A stretch of 64,000 bases of DNA from the NCBI GenBank assembly GCA_965247115.1, contig CBDFGR010000002.1, positions 1,498,669 to 1,562,668 of the forward strand, read 5' to 3'. The notes beneath the pieces are model-generated. The model did not search any database. It was not told where the DNA came from and saw only the letters and a list, made by a program, of their open reading frames with translations. A program made the translations under genes and the position numbers. Shown piece by piece: positions 27,254-38,412 of this stretch (positions are counted from its first letter, which is position 1; every line of letters begins with the position of its first letter). Origin of the DNA: Myxococcota bacterium (GTDB taxonomy: Bacteria; Myxococcota_A; UBA9160; SZUA-336).

Positions 27254-28816
27254 TCAGCCCTTGACTTGGACCGCGTACTCGGACGAGAGCTTCTCGACCT
27301 CTTCCTCGCTGAGCGCGCCGCGGGGGTTGACCTGGATCGATTGAGCCTGGTTCGTTGCGAGGTCCTTCGCAGAGACGCTCACGATCCCGTTCGCATCGAT
27401 GTCGAAGCACACCGAAACCTCGCACTCCCCCTTGGGAGCCGGGATGATCCCCGAGAGGATGAACTCGCCCAGCAGGTCGTTCTCGTCGGCTCGTTCGCCC
27501 TCGCCCTGGAGCACTCGAACCTTGACCGCCGTCTGATTGTCCCGAGTCGTGGTGAAGATCTCCTTTCGAGACGTGGGCACCTTGGTGTTGCGCTCGATCA
27601 GCCTTGCGAAGTGGCCACCGAAGGTCGCGATTCCGAGCGAGAGCGGCGTCACATCGATCAGCAGCGGGCTCTCGCTTCCCTCGGTCAGCATCGCGGCCTG
27701 GATGGCGGCTCCGATCCCCACGACCTCGTCGGCGTTGACACCCTTGTGCGGTGGCTTTCCAAAGAACTCGGTGACGAGCCTCTGCACGAGCGGAGTGCGG
27801 GTCTGCCCACCGACGAGCAGTACCTGATCGATGTCCGCCACTCCCAGGTTCGCGTCTTCCAGCACCCTCTCGCAGATGGTCTGCGTGCGGGCGACGATGT
27901 CGGTGATCAGCTCCTCGAACTTGGCGCGGTCCAGCAGCATGCTCATGTGCAGGGGCTGCTCATCGGCGTTCGCCGCAATGAACGGCAGGTTGATCTCCGT
28001 CGACTGGACCTGCGACAGATCACACTTGGCTTTTTCCGCCGCGTCTTTCAGGCGCTGCAGGGCCATGATGTCGTCGCTGAGGTCAACGCCTTCCTTGTCC
28101 GCGAAGACGTCGATGAAGTGCTGAACAAGACGCAGATCGAAGTCCTCTCCCCCAAGGCACGTGTCGCCGGAGGTGGCAAGCACCTCGATCAGTCCGGAGC
28201 CCAGCTGCAGAATCGAGATGTCGAACGTGCCCCCACCCAGATCGTACACGGCGATGTGCTCGTTTTGGTCGCGGCCCAGACCGTAGGCGAGGGCCGCCGC
28301 CGTCGGCTCGTTGATGATGCGCAACACTTCCAGCCCCGCGACACGCCCCGAGTCCCGCGTCATCTGGCGCTGGGAATCGTTGAAGTAGGCGGGAACGGTG
28401 ATGACCGCCTCCTGGACGCTGTCCCCGAGATACTCCTCCGCCACGCGCTTCATCTCCCGGAGCACGATCCCCGAGATCTCAGACGTCGTGTAGACGCGCC
28501 CGGCAATCTGAATGCGCGTATCCCCGTTCGGTCCCTCGACCACATCGTAGGGAAGGAGCTCCTTGGCGCGCACCACCTCTTCCGAGTCAAAGCTCCGGCC
28601 GATCAGTCGCTTGGCGGCATACACCGTGTTTCGGGCATTCGTCACCGCCTGCCGCTTTGCCAGATGACCCACCAGCCGCTTGCCCTCCTCGGTCACGGCA
28701 AAGATCGACGGTGTGGTCTTGTAGCCGCCCGTGTTCGGGATGACGACAGGCTGGCCGTCCTCCATGACCGCAACGCAGGAGTTCGTCGTCCCGAGATCTA
28801 TTCCGACTACTCCCAA
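27254..28816 (-). CDS. Hsp70 family chaperone (DnaK-like, short form lacking C-terminal lid)
   Basis: 520 aa, TTG start with AAGGAG RBS; [13 protein letters not shown]...[14 protein letters not shown]...[13 protein letters not shown]; canonical DnaK is about 640 aa. Confidence 0.9.
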   Translation of the reverse strand: MGVVGIDLGTTNSCVAVMEDGQPVVIPNTGGYKTTPSIFAVTEEGKRLVGHLAKRQAVTNARNTVYAAKRLIGRSFDSEEVVRAKELLPYDVVEGPNGDTRIQIAGRVYTTSEISGIVLREMKRVAEEYLGDSVQEAVITVPAYFNDSQRQMTRDSGRVAGLEVLRIINEPTAAALAYGLGRDQNEHIAVYDLGGGTFDISILQLGSGLIEVLATSGDTCLGGEDFDLRLVQHFIDVFADKEGVDLSDDIMALQRLKDAAEKAKCDLSQVQSTEINLPFIAANADEQPLHMSMLLDRAKFEELITDIVARTQTICERVLEDANLGVADIDQVLLVGGQTRTPLVQRLVTEFFGKPPHKGVNADEVVGIGAAIQAAMLTEGSESPLLIDVTPLSLGIATFGGHFARLIERNTKVPTSRKEIFTTTRDNQTAVKVRVLQGEGERADENDLLGEFILSGIIPAPKGECEVSVCFDIDANGIVSVSAKDLATNQAQSIQVNPRGALSEEEVEKLSSEYAVQVKG

Positions 28817-28837
28817 TCTCTGTGCTCCTTTTTCGGC

Positions 28838-29854
28838 CTAGAGTGTCTGCAGCTCGGCCCGGACTTCTCGATCCATCGGATCCAGCTCCCACGCCCGCTG
28901 CAGGTACTTGCGCGCCGACGCGACCTTGCCGAGCTGCTTGAAGATCTGGCCGAGTACCTTGAGCGAATTGACCGAGTCTCCATCCAGCGAGATCGCCCGC
29001 TCCGCAAACGTTCGGGCCGTCTTGAGGTCTCGTTCCTTGAGCAAGAGCTCTGCTACCGTCGCCGCCAGCTCGGCATCGGTAGGTCGCAGCTGCGACGCCT
29101 CCGAGAGCATCTCGATCGCGTTCTTGCGTTCACCTCGCTTCAGCATGGCGCGCCCGCGCGCCAGCGCTTCGTCCCCACGCGCGGCATTCGCCTGGATCAC
29201 CACCTCGGCGAGCTCGTCGTGGATCGTCGTATCCCGCGGGTCGAAGGCCAGCGCGTGCTTGAGAAGCGAGGCGGCTCGCTCCCAGTTCCCCGCCTCCTTG
29301 TGCTCCAGTGCCTCGTCGACGTGCCGCTTGGCTCTCGAGCGACTCTGCTTCAGCCGCCGCTCCAGGATCTCCAGCTGGCCCTTCGGGGAGCGCAGACCTT
29401 TCCTGTCGCGCAGCGACGGACCGCCGGTCGGCTGTGCAGTAGACGTGGCGTCGCGCGTCGGGTCCTCGTCGGCAGACGACTGGCTCTTCGAGGGAGCTCG
29501 GTCTTTTCTCGGTCCGCCCTCGTTGAGCAGCCGGTCGTAGCTCTGGCGGAGGGAGGGGTCCCGCAGAACGTCGTTCGCTGCAACTACGCGCTTGTAGATC
29601 TCGGTCAGCAGGGGCCCGTACATGCCTGTCTGCTTGTTGAAGTACCGATCGGGATGGAAGCGCTTGGAGCACTCGAAGAAGGCGTCGCGGACCGCGGCGT
29701 CGTCCACGTCAGGCTCCAGGCCTAGCAGCTCGTAGTAGTTGAGGGCGGGCAGAGCGCGAGCGAGGTCGCGGAGCTCAGCCTGGAACTCCGAAGACAGATC
29801 GACGGCCTCGTTGGCCGCCGCTTGTCCCGAAGAGCCTTCCCCGCTTTCGCTCAT
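28838..29854 (-). CDS. J-domain (DnaJ-like) protein with TPR repeats
   Basis: 338 aa; YYELLGLEPDVDDAAVRDAFFECSKRFHPDRY J-domain with HPD; C-terminal TPR-like repeats. Confidence 0.8.
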   Translation of the reverse strand: MSESGEGSSGQAAANEAVDLSSEFQAELRDLARALPALNYYELLGLEPDVDDAAVRDAFFECSKRFHPDRYFNKQTGMYGPLLTEIYKRVVAANDVLRDPSLRQSYDRLLNEGGPRKDRAPSKSQSSADEDPTRDATSTAQPTGGPSLRDRKGLRSPKGQLEILERRLKQSRSRAKRHVDEALEHKEAGNWERAASLLKHALAFDPRDTTIHDELAEVVIQANAARGDEALARGRAMLKRGERKNAIEMLSEASQLRPTDAELAATVAELLLKERDLKTARTFAERAISLDGDSVNSLKVLGQIFKQLGKVASARKYLQRAWELDPMDREVRAELQTL

Positions 29855-29982
29855 ACTTCACCCACTCGGATACGCACCGGATCCCCAAAGCTATCGGGAA
29901 CACTGGCGGGAAAGTTGAGCCAGTCTGGCGGCGGCGGACGTCGCTGACACGTCCTCCGCAGCGTTGGCCAGGACGGGAATTG

Positions 29983-30948
29983 CTACGCGAGCAGCCGCTC
30001 CAGGATCGCCTTTTGCGCGTGCAGGCGGTTCTCGGCCTGGTCGAACACGAGCGAGCGCTCGGATTCGAAAACCTCGGCCGTGATCTCCTCACCCCGGTGG
30101 GCCGGCAGGCAGTGGAGGATCCGAACGGACCCGGGTGCGGCGCGCAGGAGCGTGTCGTTGAGCTGATATGGCGCGAAGACCGAGCGACGCTCGGCCGCCT
30201 CGTCCTCTCTGCCCATGCTCGCCCAGACGTCCGTGTAGAGAAATGACGCATCCTTGACCGCCGCCTGGGGATCGTGCGAGAGGTGGATCTCCGCCCCAGA
30301 GGTCCTGGCGAGCTCGGCGCCGCGCCGAACGATGGCTGGATCCGGGGCGTAGTCCGGGGGCGTACAGACCGTGAGCTTCATTCCCAGGCGCCCGGCCAGG
30401 TGGATTAGCGAGTGGGCCACATTGTTCCCGTCGCCGATGTAGACCACGAGATCCTGGCGGAGGTCTCCGTTCTCACGGATCGTAAGCGCATCTGCCATGG
30501 CCTGGCACGGATGCAGCAGGTCGGTCAACCCGTTCACGACGGGGACACTGCCCCAGCTCGCGAGTTTCTCTACCATGTCATGACCGAAGGTTCGCGCGAC
30601 GATGCCGTGACACCAGCGCGACAGGTTGCGGGCGACGTCCTCGATAGGCTCGCGTTCTCCGATGTTCACCTGGCCCGTCGGTAGCTGTAGCGCGTGCGCG
30701 CCGAGCTCGGAGATGCCCACCTCGAACGTGACAAAGGTGCGCAGGCTCGGCTTCTCGAAGTAGAGCAGGATCGACAAGCCCTGCAGCGAGCGGACCGTCT
30801 CGCGTCGGGCACGGCTGACCTTGAGCTCGCCAGCCCGCTCCAGCATCTTCTCGAGCTCGTCGCGCGGCCAGTCGGCGATCGAGAGGAAGCTGGTGGGGAC
30901 CTTCTCGGTGTCACCTAACGCGGACAAGCTTTGTTCCCACGCCTCCAT
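29983..30948 (-). CDS. argF: ornithine carbamoyltransferase
   Basis: ...[20 protein letters not shown]... (STRTR-type carbamoyl-phosphate motif) and [10 protein letters not shown]; ATG at 30948. Confidence 0.9.
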   Translation of the reverse strand: MEAWEQSLSALGDTEKVPTSFLSIADWPRDELEKMLERAGELKVSRARRETVRSLQGLSILLYFEKPSLRTFVTFEVGISELGAHALQLPTGQVNIGEREPIEDVARNLSRWCHGIVARTFGHDMVEKLASWGSVPVVNGLTDLLHPCQAMADALTIRENGDLRQDLVVYIGDGNNVAHSLIHLAGRLGMKLTVCTPPDYAPDPAIVRRGAELARTSGAEIHLSHDPQAAVKDASFLYTDVWASMGREDEAAERRSVFAPYQLNDTLLRAAPGSVRILHCLPAHRGEEITAEVFESERSLVFDQAENRLHAQKAILERLLA

Positions 30949-31771
30949 CCGTGAATATCTCGAGCAATAGCGCGTGCGAGACGCGGCCGTCAATGACGTG
31001 GGCTGACGTTACCGTGCCCTCGAGCCCACTGATGCAGCACTCGAGCTTGGGGATCATTCCCCCTTGTACGCTGCCGTCGGCGATCGCTGCCAGCGCCTCA
31101 GCGCTCGTCATTAAGGTCCGCAAGACCCCGTTTTCGTCGAGCACTCCTTCCACGTCGGTGACGAGGATCAGCTTCTCGGCCCCTACGGCCTCCGCGATCC
31201 CGGCAGCCGCAACGTCTGCGTTCACGTTGTAGGTGCGACCCTCCGTATCGAGTCCGATCGGCGCAATGACGGGAATGAGGCCGCTGCGCGTCATGGTGGT
31301 GATCAAGCTCTCGTCGATGTGCTCGGGAGTCCCCACCCGCCCCAGGTCTTCGCCCGATGGCAGCTTGAGGGGACGCACGCGCATCAGCTCCCCGTCCTTG
31401 CCCGTCAAGCCCACTGCCCGACCACCGGCGCGGCCAATCAGCGAGACGATCTCCGCATTGACATGTCCGCCCAGCACCATCTCGACGACGTCCATGGTCT
31501 CTTCGTCGGTGACCCGCATGCCGTCGACAAAGCGGGTCTCTTTGCCGAGCCGCTTTAGCATGTCACCGATCTGCGGACCACCACCGTGGATGATGACCGG
31601 GCGCAGCCCGATGTAGCGCAGAAGTGTGACGTCAGTCGCAAACGAGGCCTTGAGCTCTGCATCGAGCATCGCCGCGCCGCCGTACTTGATGACGATGGTC
31701 TTGTCGTAGAACGCTCGGATGTACGGCAGCGCCTCTACCAGGACGCCGGCCTTCTCGATCAGCTTCTCCAT
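30911..31771 (-). CDS. argB: acetylglutamate kinase
   Basis: 286 aa; [10 protein letters not shown]...[18 protein letters not shown]...; apparent 38-bp overlap with the argF start. Confidence 0.9.
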   Translation of the reverse strand: MEKLIEKAGVLVEALPYIRAFYDKTIVIKYGGAAMLDAELKASFATDVTLLRYIGLRPVIIHGGGPQIGDMLKRLGKETRFVDGMRVTDEETMDVVEMVLGGHVNAEIVSLIGRAGGRAVGLTGKDGELMRVRPLKLPSGEDLGRVGTPEHIDESLITTMTRSGLIPVIAPIGLDTEGRTYNVNADVAAAGIAEAVGAEKLILVTDVEGVLDENGVLRTLMTSAEALAAIADGSVQGGMIPKLECCISGLEGTVTSAHVIDGRVSHALLLEIFTDGGVGTKLVRVR

Positions 31772-31783
31772 CAGCTTCCGCGC

Positions 31784-33091
31784 CTAGAGCACGAACCGCG
31801 ACAGGTCGCGGTTCCCTGCGATCTCTTCCAGCCGCTTCCTCACGACCGCCGCATCGAGGGTGACGGTTTCCCCTGCCATGTCCGGGGCGCCGAACAGCTC
31901 GAGCTCGAGCAGGCGTTCGAGCACCGTGTGCAGCCTTCGGGCACCGATGTTCTCTGTCGACCGGTTCACCTCCGAGGCGATCCGCGCGATCTCCTGAATC
32001 GCATCCGGTTTGAACTCGAGCTCCACCGCTTCAGTCGCCAGCAGCGCCTCGTACTGCTTTACGAGCGCGTTCTTCGGCTCCTGCAGGATGCGCACGAAGG
32101 CGGCCTCGTCCAGGTCATGGAGCTCGACCCGGATCGGGAAGCGGCCCTGCAGCTCCGGAATCAGATCCGAAGGACGCGAGACGTGAAACGCCCCCGCCGC
32201 GATAAACAGGATGTGATCCGTGCGCACACTGCCGTGCTTGGTCTGCACGCTGCAGCCCTCGATCACAGGCAGCAGGTCGCGCTGCACCCCTTCGCGCGAA
32301 ACGTCGGTGCCCCAGCTCTCGCGTCGTGCGATCTTGTCGAGCTCGTCGAGAAAGACGATACCCGACTCCTCGACACGCTCGATCGCTCGCTCTCGGACAG
32401 CGTCCTGGTCGATCAGCCTGTGCGCCTCTTCGTCCTGCAGGAGCTCGCGCGCCTGGCGCACCTGTACGCGCCGCACGCGTTTGCCCTTGGACATCATGTT
32501 GCCCATCAGGTCCTTGAGGTTGAAGCCCATCTCTTCGACGCCCTGCGGCGAAAAGATCTCGAGCGTTGGACCCGCGCGCTCCTGGGTCTCGATCTCCACC
32601 TCCCGCTCTTCGAGGTCGCCTGCGCGCAGCTTCTCGCGCAGCCGTTCCCGCGTGGCGTCGGCGCCGCCTTCGCCGGGACGGGGAAACAGGGCGTCGAGCA
32701 GCCGTTCCTCCGCGATCCGCTCCGCGGAGGCACGAACCTTGACGGCCTCTTCGTCGCGGACCAGCGTGATCCCTACCTCGACCAGATCGCGCACGATCGA
32801 CTCGACGTCGCGCCCAACGTAGCCCACCTCCGTGAACTTGGAGGCCTCGACCTTGACAAACGGGGCGCCCGAGAGCTTGGCCAGCCGGCGGGCGATCTCC
32901 GTCTTGCCGACACCCGTCGGCCCGATCATGAGGATGTTCTTGGGATGGATGTCCTCGCGAAGGTCACCCTCCACCTGCTGCCGCCGCCAGCGATTTCGCA
33001 GCGCGATCGCGACCGCGCGTTTGGCATCGCTCTGGCCCACGATGTAGCGGTCCAGCTCGGAGACAACCTCGCGTGGCGTGAACGACTTCAA
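31784..33091 (-). CDS. hslU: ATP-dependent protease ATPase subunit HslU
   Basis: 435 aa; [33 protein letters not shown]...[20 protein letters not shown]... Confidence 0.95.
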   Translation of the reverse strand: MKSFTPREVVSELDRYIVGQSDAKRAVAIALRNRWRRQQVEGDLREDIHPKNILMIGPTGVGKTEIARRLAKLSGAPFVKVEASKFTEVGYVGRDVESIVRDLVEVGITLVRDEEAVKVRASAERIAEERLLDALFPRPGEGGADATRERLREKLRAGDLEEREVEIETQERAGPTLEIFSPQGVEEMGFNLKDLMGNMMSKGKRVRRVQVRQARELLQDEEAHRLIDQDAVRERAIERVEESGIVFLDELDKIARRESWGTDVSREGVQRDLLPVIEGCSVQTKHGSVRTDHILFIAAGAFHVSRPSDLIPELQGRFPIRVELHDLDEAAFVRILQEPKNALVKQYEALLATEAVELEFKPDAIQEIARIASEVNRSTENIGARRLHTVLERLLELELFGAPDMAGETVTLDAAVVRKRLEEIAGNRDLSRFVL

Positions 33092-33630
33092 GCCGTGAGT
33101 TCCTCAATGCTGATCTGCTCGTTGGTGTAAAGGCAGATGCCCGCTGCAACCCGCATGGCACGCTCTGCGATCTCCCTCGCGGACAGGTCCGTGGCTTCCA
33201 TCAGAGCGCGCGCCGCAGCGCGCGCGTAGCCGCCTCCCGACCCGATCGCGGCGATTCCGTCGTCCGGCTGGATCACGTCGCCGTTGCCGGAGAGCAGCAG
33301 CGTCTCGTTCGCATCGGCTACCACGAGCAGGGCCTCCAGGCTGCGCATGCTTCGGTCGGTGCGCCAGTCCTTGGCGAGCTCCACGGCCGCTCGTCGCAGG
33401 ACTCCGAACTCCTCCAGCTTCGCCTCAAAGCGCTCGACCAGCGCCACCGCATCTGCCGTGGAGCCTGCGAAGCCCGCCAGTACGCTGCCTCCACGGAGCC
33501 GTTGGATCTTGGTCGCGCCGTTCTTCACCACGGTGTCGCCCATGCTGACCTGGCCGTCGCCCGCGATCACAACCGTATCGCCGCGGCGCACCGCGATCAC
33601 CGTGGTCCCGCGCATCTCGAGCTGACTCAT
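33088..33630 (-). CDS. hslV: ATP-dependent protease subunit HslV
   Basis: 180 aa; [31 protein letters not shown]... with N-terminal Thr after processing. Confidence 0.95.
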   Translation of the reverse strand: MSQLEMRGTTVIAVRRGDTVVIAGDGQVSMGDTVVKNGATKIQRLRGGSVLAGFAGSTADAVALVERFEAKLEEFGVLRRAAVELAKDWRTDRSMRSLEALLVVADANETLLLSGNGDVIQPDDGIAAIGSGGGYARAAARALMEATDLSAREIAERAMRVAAGICLYTNEQISIEELTA

Positions 33631-34565
33631 CCTCTCTCCCTTACTGGAGAGCCCGCAAATCCATCGGGCTCTCGGGAGCGCGGATGCGCCTGCCGGTAGA
33701 CCCGAGCCAGCCGCTCGGCCGACACCTGGGTATAGCGCTGTGTCGTGCTGAGCCGCTCGTGCCCGAGCAGCTCCTGGATCGCGCGGAGATCGACGTCCGC
33801 ATCGAGCAGATGCGTGGCATAGCTGTGGCGGAGAGTGTGCGGGCTCACTTGCCGCGGGATCCCGACCTCGAGCAGGCGACGCCTCAGGACCTTGCGGACC
33901 CCCCGCGCCGAGAGCCGTCCCCCCCGGGCGTTCAGGATCAGCGGCTCGTTCAGCAGTCCCTGTCGCACGCGCGGCTCGAGATACGCGAGCAGGGATTCGA
34001 GCGCCTGCCCTGGGATCGGGACCACCCTCTGCCGGTTCCCTTTGCCCTGGACCCGGAGCTCGGCGCGATCGCGGTCGAGGTCGCGAACGGAGAGACTCGT
34101 GAGCTCACCGACCCGGAGCCCGGTTCCGTAGAGCAGATCGAACACCGCTCGATCGCGAGCGTCCAGGGCCGGCCGCGGGTGCGGGCTCGCGGCGTCGATA
34201 AGTCGCTCGCACTCCGCGGCTCCCAGCGGAGCGGGCAGCCGCCGCTCGGGCTTGGGTCCGGGCAGCCCCTCGCTCGGGTCAGCGGCCCGTGCGCCGAGGC
34301 GCACCTGAAAGCGGAAGTAGGAGCGCAGGGCGGAGAGCCGCCGCGTTCGGGTCGCCGGCGTGTGCGTGCGATGGAAGCCCGCCAGGTAGGCGCGGAGCGA
34401 GAGCGCGTCCACCTGCGCGAGCCCTCCCGCAAGCGCGCACTCCGGACTCGAGGCCAGCCGCCGCACCTCGCTCGTATACGCCCGGACGGTGTGTGGCGAG
34501 AAGCCTCGCTCCGCCTCCAGGTAGCGGCGGAACTCCGCATTGGAGCTGCGTTCCGCGGGCGTCAC
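33627..34565 (-). CDS. xerC: tyrosine recombinase XerC/XerD family
   Basis: GTG at 34565 overlapping the trmFO stop (GTGA); C-terminal ...[39 protein letters not shown]... with catalytic RY. Confidence 0.85.
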   Translation of the reverse strand: MTPAERSSNAEFRRYLEAERGFSPHTVRAYTSEVRRLASSPECALAGGLAQVDALSLRAYLAGFHRTHTPATRTRRLSALRSYFRFQVRLGARAADPSEGLPGPKPERRLPAPLGAAECERLIDAASPHPRPALDARDRAVFDLLYGTGLRVGELTSLSVRDLDRDRAELRVQGKGNRQRVVPIPGQALESLLAYLEPRVRQGLLNEPLILNARGGRLSARGVRKVLRRRLLEVGIPRQVSPHTLRHSYATHLLDADVDLRAIQELLGHERLSTTQRYTQVSAERLARVYRQAHPRSREPDGFAGSPVRERG

Positions 34566-35884
34566 GGGAGCGAAGCCGGAACGGTGGAGGCCCAGGGAGC
34601 GAGGTCTGCCAGAGCTCGGGCGCTCACCCGCAGGTTGCGTTCGCGCTTCGGTGTGCGCCGAGTGCGGTCCGCGAGCGGCGGGAACAGTCCGTAGTTCACG
34701 TTCATGGGCTGGAAGCTGTCCGGACGCGCATCCCGTAGGTGACGCAGGAGAGCGCCCAGCGCTGTCGTCGGCGGAGGCGCCGTCGCCAGCGCACCCTTCG
34801 CACGGCCTGCGACGAAGATCCCGGCCAGCAGCCCGAGCGCCGCCGACTCCACGTAGCCCTCCACTCCCGCGATCTGCCCGGCAAAGTAGAGGCCGTCGCT
34901 CTTCCTGTGCTGGAGCTGCTCGTCGAGCAGGAGCGGCGCGCGGATGAACGTGTTGCGGTGGGTCGAGCCGTAGCGCGCGAAGACTGCCCCGGCCATGCCC
35001 GGGAGGCTCCGGAAGATGCGCCGCTGCTCGCCGATCCGCAGCTTGGTCTGGAAGCCGACGAGGTTGTACAGCGTCCCCGTCTTGTCTTCCTGGCGCAGCT
35101 GCACGACGGCGAAGGCTGGCTCCCCGCCGCGAGGATCGCGCAATCCGACGGGCTTCATGGGTCCGAAGGCCAGGGTATCGGCGCCGCGCTCCGCCATCAC
35201 CTCGATCGGGAGACATGCTTCGAAATAGATCGCCTGCTCAAAGCGGTGCAGCGGCACCTTCTCCGCCTTCACGAGCTCGTCCACGAACGCGTAGTACTGC
35301 TCGCGATCGAGCGGGATGTTCAGGTAGTCGCCGGCTCCCGCCTCGTAGCGAGAGGCGCGAAAGACTACGTCGTAGTCCAGGCTGTCGGCGTAAACGGTGG
35401 GCGAGATCGAGTCGTAGAAGTAGAGCGAGTCGCCGCAGATCTGCGCGATCGCGGCCGCGAGCCCATCCGAGGTGAGTGGGCCGGTGGCGAGAATCGCGAG
35501 TCCCTCCGGAAGCTCTGTCACCTCCTCGCGCACGACCTCGATACGTGGCTCCTGGGCGATGCTTTCCGTCACCTGGCTCGAGAACTGCGTGCGGTCCACG
35601 GCCAGCGCCTTGCCCGCGGGAACGCGGCACGCGTCTGCCGCACGAAGGATCAGGGAGTCGAGGCACCTCATCTCCGCATGCAGGAGCCCCACCGCGTTGG
35701 CCGGCTGGTCCGAGCGGAAGCTGTTGGAGCAAACGAGCTCCGCCAGCCCCTCGCTCGTGTGCGCTGCGGAGAAGCGCGCCGGTCGCATCTCGTAGAGACG
35801 CACCGCCACACCCCTTCGGGCCAGCTGCCAGGCGGCCTCGCAGCCTGCCAGACCTCCGCCGATGACGCTCACAGGCTCGCTCAT
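34562..35884 (-). CDS. trmFO: methylenetetrahydrofolate--tRNA-(uracil-5-)-methyltransferase TrmFO
   Basis: 440 aa; VIGGGLAGCEAAWQLARRG...YFAGQIAGVEGYVESAALGLLAG. Confidence 0.9.
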   Translation of the reverse strand: MSEPVSVIGGGLAGCEAAWQLARRGVAVRLYEMRPARFSAAHTSEGLAELVCSNSFRSDQPANAVGLLHAEMRCLDSLILRAADACRVPAGKALAVDRTQFSSQVTESIAQEPRIEVVREEVTELPEGLAILATGPLTSDGLAAAIAQICGDSLYFYDSISPTVYADSLDYDVVFRASRYEAGAGDYLNIPLDREQYYAFVDELVKAEKVPLHRFEQAIYFEACLPIEVMAERGADTLAFGPMKPVGLRDPRGGEPAFAVVQLRQEDKTGTLYNLVGFQTKLRIGEQRRIFRSLPGMAGAVFARYGSTHRNTFIRAPLLLDEQLQHRKSDGLYFAGQIAGVEGYVESAALGLLAGIFVAGRAKGALATAPPPTTALGALLRHLRDARPDSFQPMNVNYGLFPPLADRTRRTPKRERNLRVSARALADLAPWASTVPASLP

Positions 35885-35902
35885 GGAACGCCCGAGGATA
35901 GC

Positions 35903-36991
35903 TCAGCGAAGAAGGACCACCCGGGCTCCCTCGCGCGCGATCCGGCCGCCCAGCTCGAGCTCGAGCAGTGTCGCGGCGAGGCTGGCAGCGGGAACGCCCA
36001 GCTTTCGCACGATGTCGTCTGCGGAGAGCGGACCGTCGCGGAGCAGCGCCAGAACCTGCTCGGACACGCCCCTCTCCGGGGTGCCTACTCCGACGTCTCC
36101 CTGGGGACCCTTCTTCCGCGGCGGCCACACATCGACCAGGAGGCGCAGGTCCGTCAGGTCCAGGATCGGCGCGGCCGCGCGCAGCAGCGCGTTCGATCCC
36201 CGACAGAGATCGCTATCCGTCGGACCCGGGATGACGCCGAGATTTCGACCCTGGTCGAGCGCGTGCCGGGCCGTCCACAGGGTCCCGCTCTTCTCGCGCG
36301 CCTCCACGACGAGCGTCGCCCTGGCCAGACCGCTGATGAGCCGATTGCGTTCGGGGAAGTGGTACGGCCGATACTCCTGCCCTGGCGGGTACTCCGAGAG
36401 CCAGGCTCCCCCCGAGTCGAGGATCCGAGTGGCGAGCCGGCGATTTCCCGCTGGGCTTGGTCGCTCGAGGCCGGAGGCGAGAATGGCCACGGTGCGGCCG
36501 GCTCCACGGAGCGCTCCCTCATGCGCCGCTGCGTCGATCCCGTAAGCCAGGCCGCTGACGATGACCGCGCCGTCCACCGCCAGCTGCTCCGCGTACTGCT
36601 GTGCCGCAAGCCGGGCTCGTGAGGACGGGCGCCGCGACCCGACGATGGCGAGTCCCGGCTCAGCGGGGAGCGAGCCGCGAGCGTAGAGGACAAGAGGAGG
36701 GTCGGGCATCTGCAGGAGCGCCAGAGGGAAGCCGGGCATGCCGTAGAGCAGCACCGCCAGCTCCCGCTTCTGAACGGCCGCCAGCTCCTCGGAAGCCGCG
36801 GCCAGGTCCGGACCGCACTGCAGTGCCGCCGCCAGCACCTCGCCACACTCTTCCTTCAGCTCCGAGTAGCCTCGAGCAAAGATCTCGCCAGGCGAGCCCA
36901 GACGCTCGAGCAGGTGCACCGCAATGTCCCGACGCATCCCGGGCACGTTCCGCAACGCGATCCAGAGCAGGGGATCGTCCAAGCTTTGCAT
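35903..36991 (-). CDS. dprA: DNA processing protein DprA (Smf)
   Basis: 362 aa; ...AIVGSRRPSS...VSGLAYGIDAAAHEGAL... Rossmann-like DprA core. Confidence 0.85.
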   Translation of the reverse strand: MQSLDDPLLWIALRNVPGMRRDIAVHLLERLGSPGEIFARGYSELKEECGEVLAAALQCGPDLAAASEELAAVQKRELAVLLYGMPGFPLALLQMPDPPLVLYARGSLPAEPGLAIVGSRRPSSRARLAAQQYAEQLAVDGAVIVSGLAYGIDAAAHEGALRGAGRTVAILASGLERPSPAGNRRLATRILDSGGAWLSEYPPGQEYRPYHFPERNRLISGLARATLVVEAREKSGTLWTARHALDQGRNLGVIPGPTDSDLCRGSNALLRAAAPILDLTDLRLLVDVWPPRKKGPQGDVGVGTPERGVSEQVLALLRDGPLSADDIVRKLGVPAASLAATLLELELGGRIAREGARVVLLR

Positions 36992-37168
36992 CCGCGGGAC
37001 CGCGTACGGGGTGCGAACTCAACCTAGCGAATGCCGCCGCTCGCGCGTCAGATTCCTCGCCTGGCTGCGCTGGGACGGACGCTCACCGCCGCAGACGGCC
37101 GAAAAAGACCCGAGTGGCCTCTAAAGTACGCGTCTGACCCTGCCGACAAGAGATAGCAGGGAGAGACC

Positions 37169-37495
37169 ATGAACGACGAGCGACGCATAACGCCGCGCCA
37201 GGAGATCCGGGCCGCGGTGGCGTACTGGGGCTCCAGCCGCGAGGGCGGAGGCACCCTCGCGAACATCTCCAATACGGGGGCGTTGATCGAGCCCGCGTCT
37301 CCGCCGATCGTTCCCGGGACGCCCATCCGGCTGCGCATCAACGGGGTCACCTTCAGCTCCGTGGAGCTTCAGTCCGAGGTCGTTCGCACGACCCCAGCGG
37401 GCTTTGCGGTCTGCTTCGAGGACCTCGACCCAGAGCCGCGTCGCCTGCTGGAGGAGCTGCTGTCAGGCGACGACACTGCGGGAGCCGTCTACTAG
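37169..37495 (+). CDS. PilZ domain protein (c-di-GMP binding)
   Basis: 108 aa; RRITPR (RxxxR) and NISNTGALIE (D/NxSxxG) PilZ motifs. Confidence 0.7.
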   Translation: MNDERRITPRQEIRAAVAYWGSSREGGGTLANISNTGALIEPASPPIVPGTPIRLRINGVTFSSVELQSEVVRTTPAGFAVCFEDLDPEPRRLLEELLSGDDTAGAVY

Positions 37496-38337
37496 GGCAG
37501 ACCAGCCCCCGGGACCTCGACCTCGGTGAACTCAATTCGCCCCCTAGCCTGAGCGCGCGTCTCGCGAGCGCTCGAGCTCGGAGCAGTGCAGACGAAGAGC
37601 GTGCGCCGCTCGGGACCACCCAGCATGCAGGCAAAGGCCTGCGTTGACACCGAGATGCGTCGCGTCACTTCGCCCCCCTCGCGCACGCGTAGCACTTCCG
37701 CGCTGGTGGGTGATGCCACCCAGATCGCGCCCTCCGCATCCAGGCAGATCCCGTCGGGCACCGCGCCGGGAGTGGCGGCCCACTCGCGCCGACCGGAGAG
37801 CCCGCCGTCGGCTGCCACGTCGAAGGCGGTGAGCCGCGCGCGGAACGACTCGCCGACGATCAGCGTGCCCCCATCGGGCGTGATCACAGTTCCGTTCGGA
37901 AAGCCGAGCTCATCGGCAACGACGCGAGTGTGGCCGTCGGGGGTCGCCAGGACAAGCTCGGCCGTCTTGAAGTCCGCCTGCGCCTCGAGGTCGAAGCCGA
38001 AGTTCCCGACGTAGGCCCGACCCTCCGCATCCACGACCATGTCGTTGCAGTGGAACGACGCCAGAGCGGAGAGGTCCGCATGCTCGACCAGGCCCCCCGG
38101 ATCCAGGCGCAGGAGCTTCCTGTCCGTCATGGAGACGACGAGCAGGCGACCGTCTGGCAGCCAGCCCAGACCAGACGGTTGCTGCGGGACCTCCACGATC
38201 GTCTCCGTGTTCCCCTGCATGTCCACGGCCACGACGCGGTGAAAGTGCATGTCCGAGAACCAGAGCCGCCCGTCGTGCCAGCGCGGTCCCTCGGGGAACG
38301 CGAGACCATCGACGAGGATGGAGAGCTCAGCACTCAC
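37492..38337 (-). CDS. SMP-30/gluconolactonase/LRE family protein
   Basis: 281 aa; ...EGPRWHDGRLWFSD...GNTE... six-bladed propeller motif pattern. Confidence 0.8.
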   Translation of the reverse strand: MSAELSILVDGLAFPEGPRWHDGRLWFSDMHFHRVVAVDMQGNTETIVEVPQQPSGLGWLPDGRLLVVSMTDRKLLRLDPGGLVEHADLSALASFHCNDMVVDAEGRAYVGNFGFDLEAQADFKTAELVLATPDGHTRVVADELGFPNGTVITPDGGTLIVGESFRARLTAFDVAADGGLSGRREWAATPGAVPDGICLDAEGAIWVASPTSAEVLRVREGGEVTRRISVSTQAFACMLGGPERRTLFVCTAPSSSARETRAQARGRIEFTEVEVPGAGLP

Positions 38338-38412
38338 GCTGCTGATTCTAGCAGCGGCCCCTGGACCCGTGGGTGGGACCTCCTATCCTGCAGTGCCCGA
38401 GAGGAGTCCTGG

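Noticed and set aside
37930-38412. N-terminal 160 codons of track ORF 37930..41013 as part of ValS
   Set aside because: Region overlaps the gluconolactonase gene on the other strand and lacks ValS similarity; TTG at 38413 with a GAGGAG RBS is a better start.
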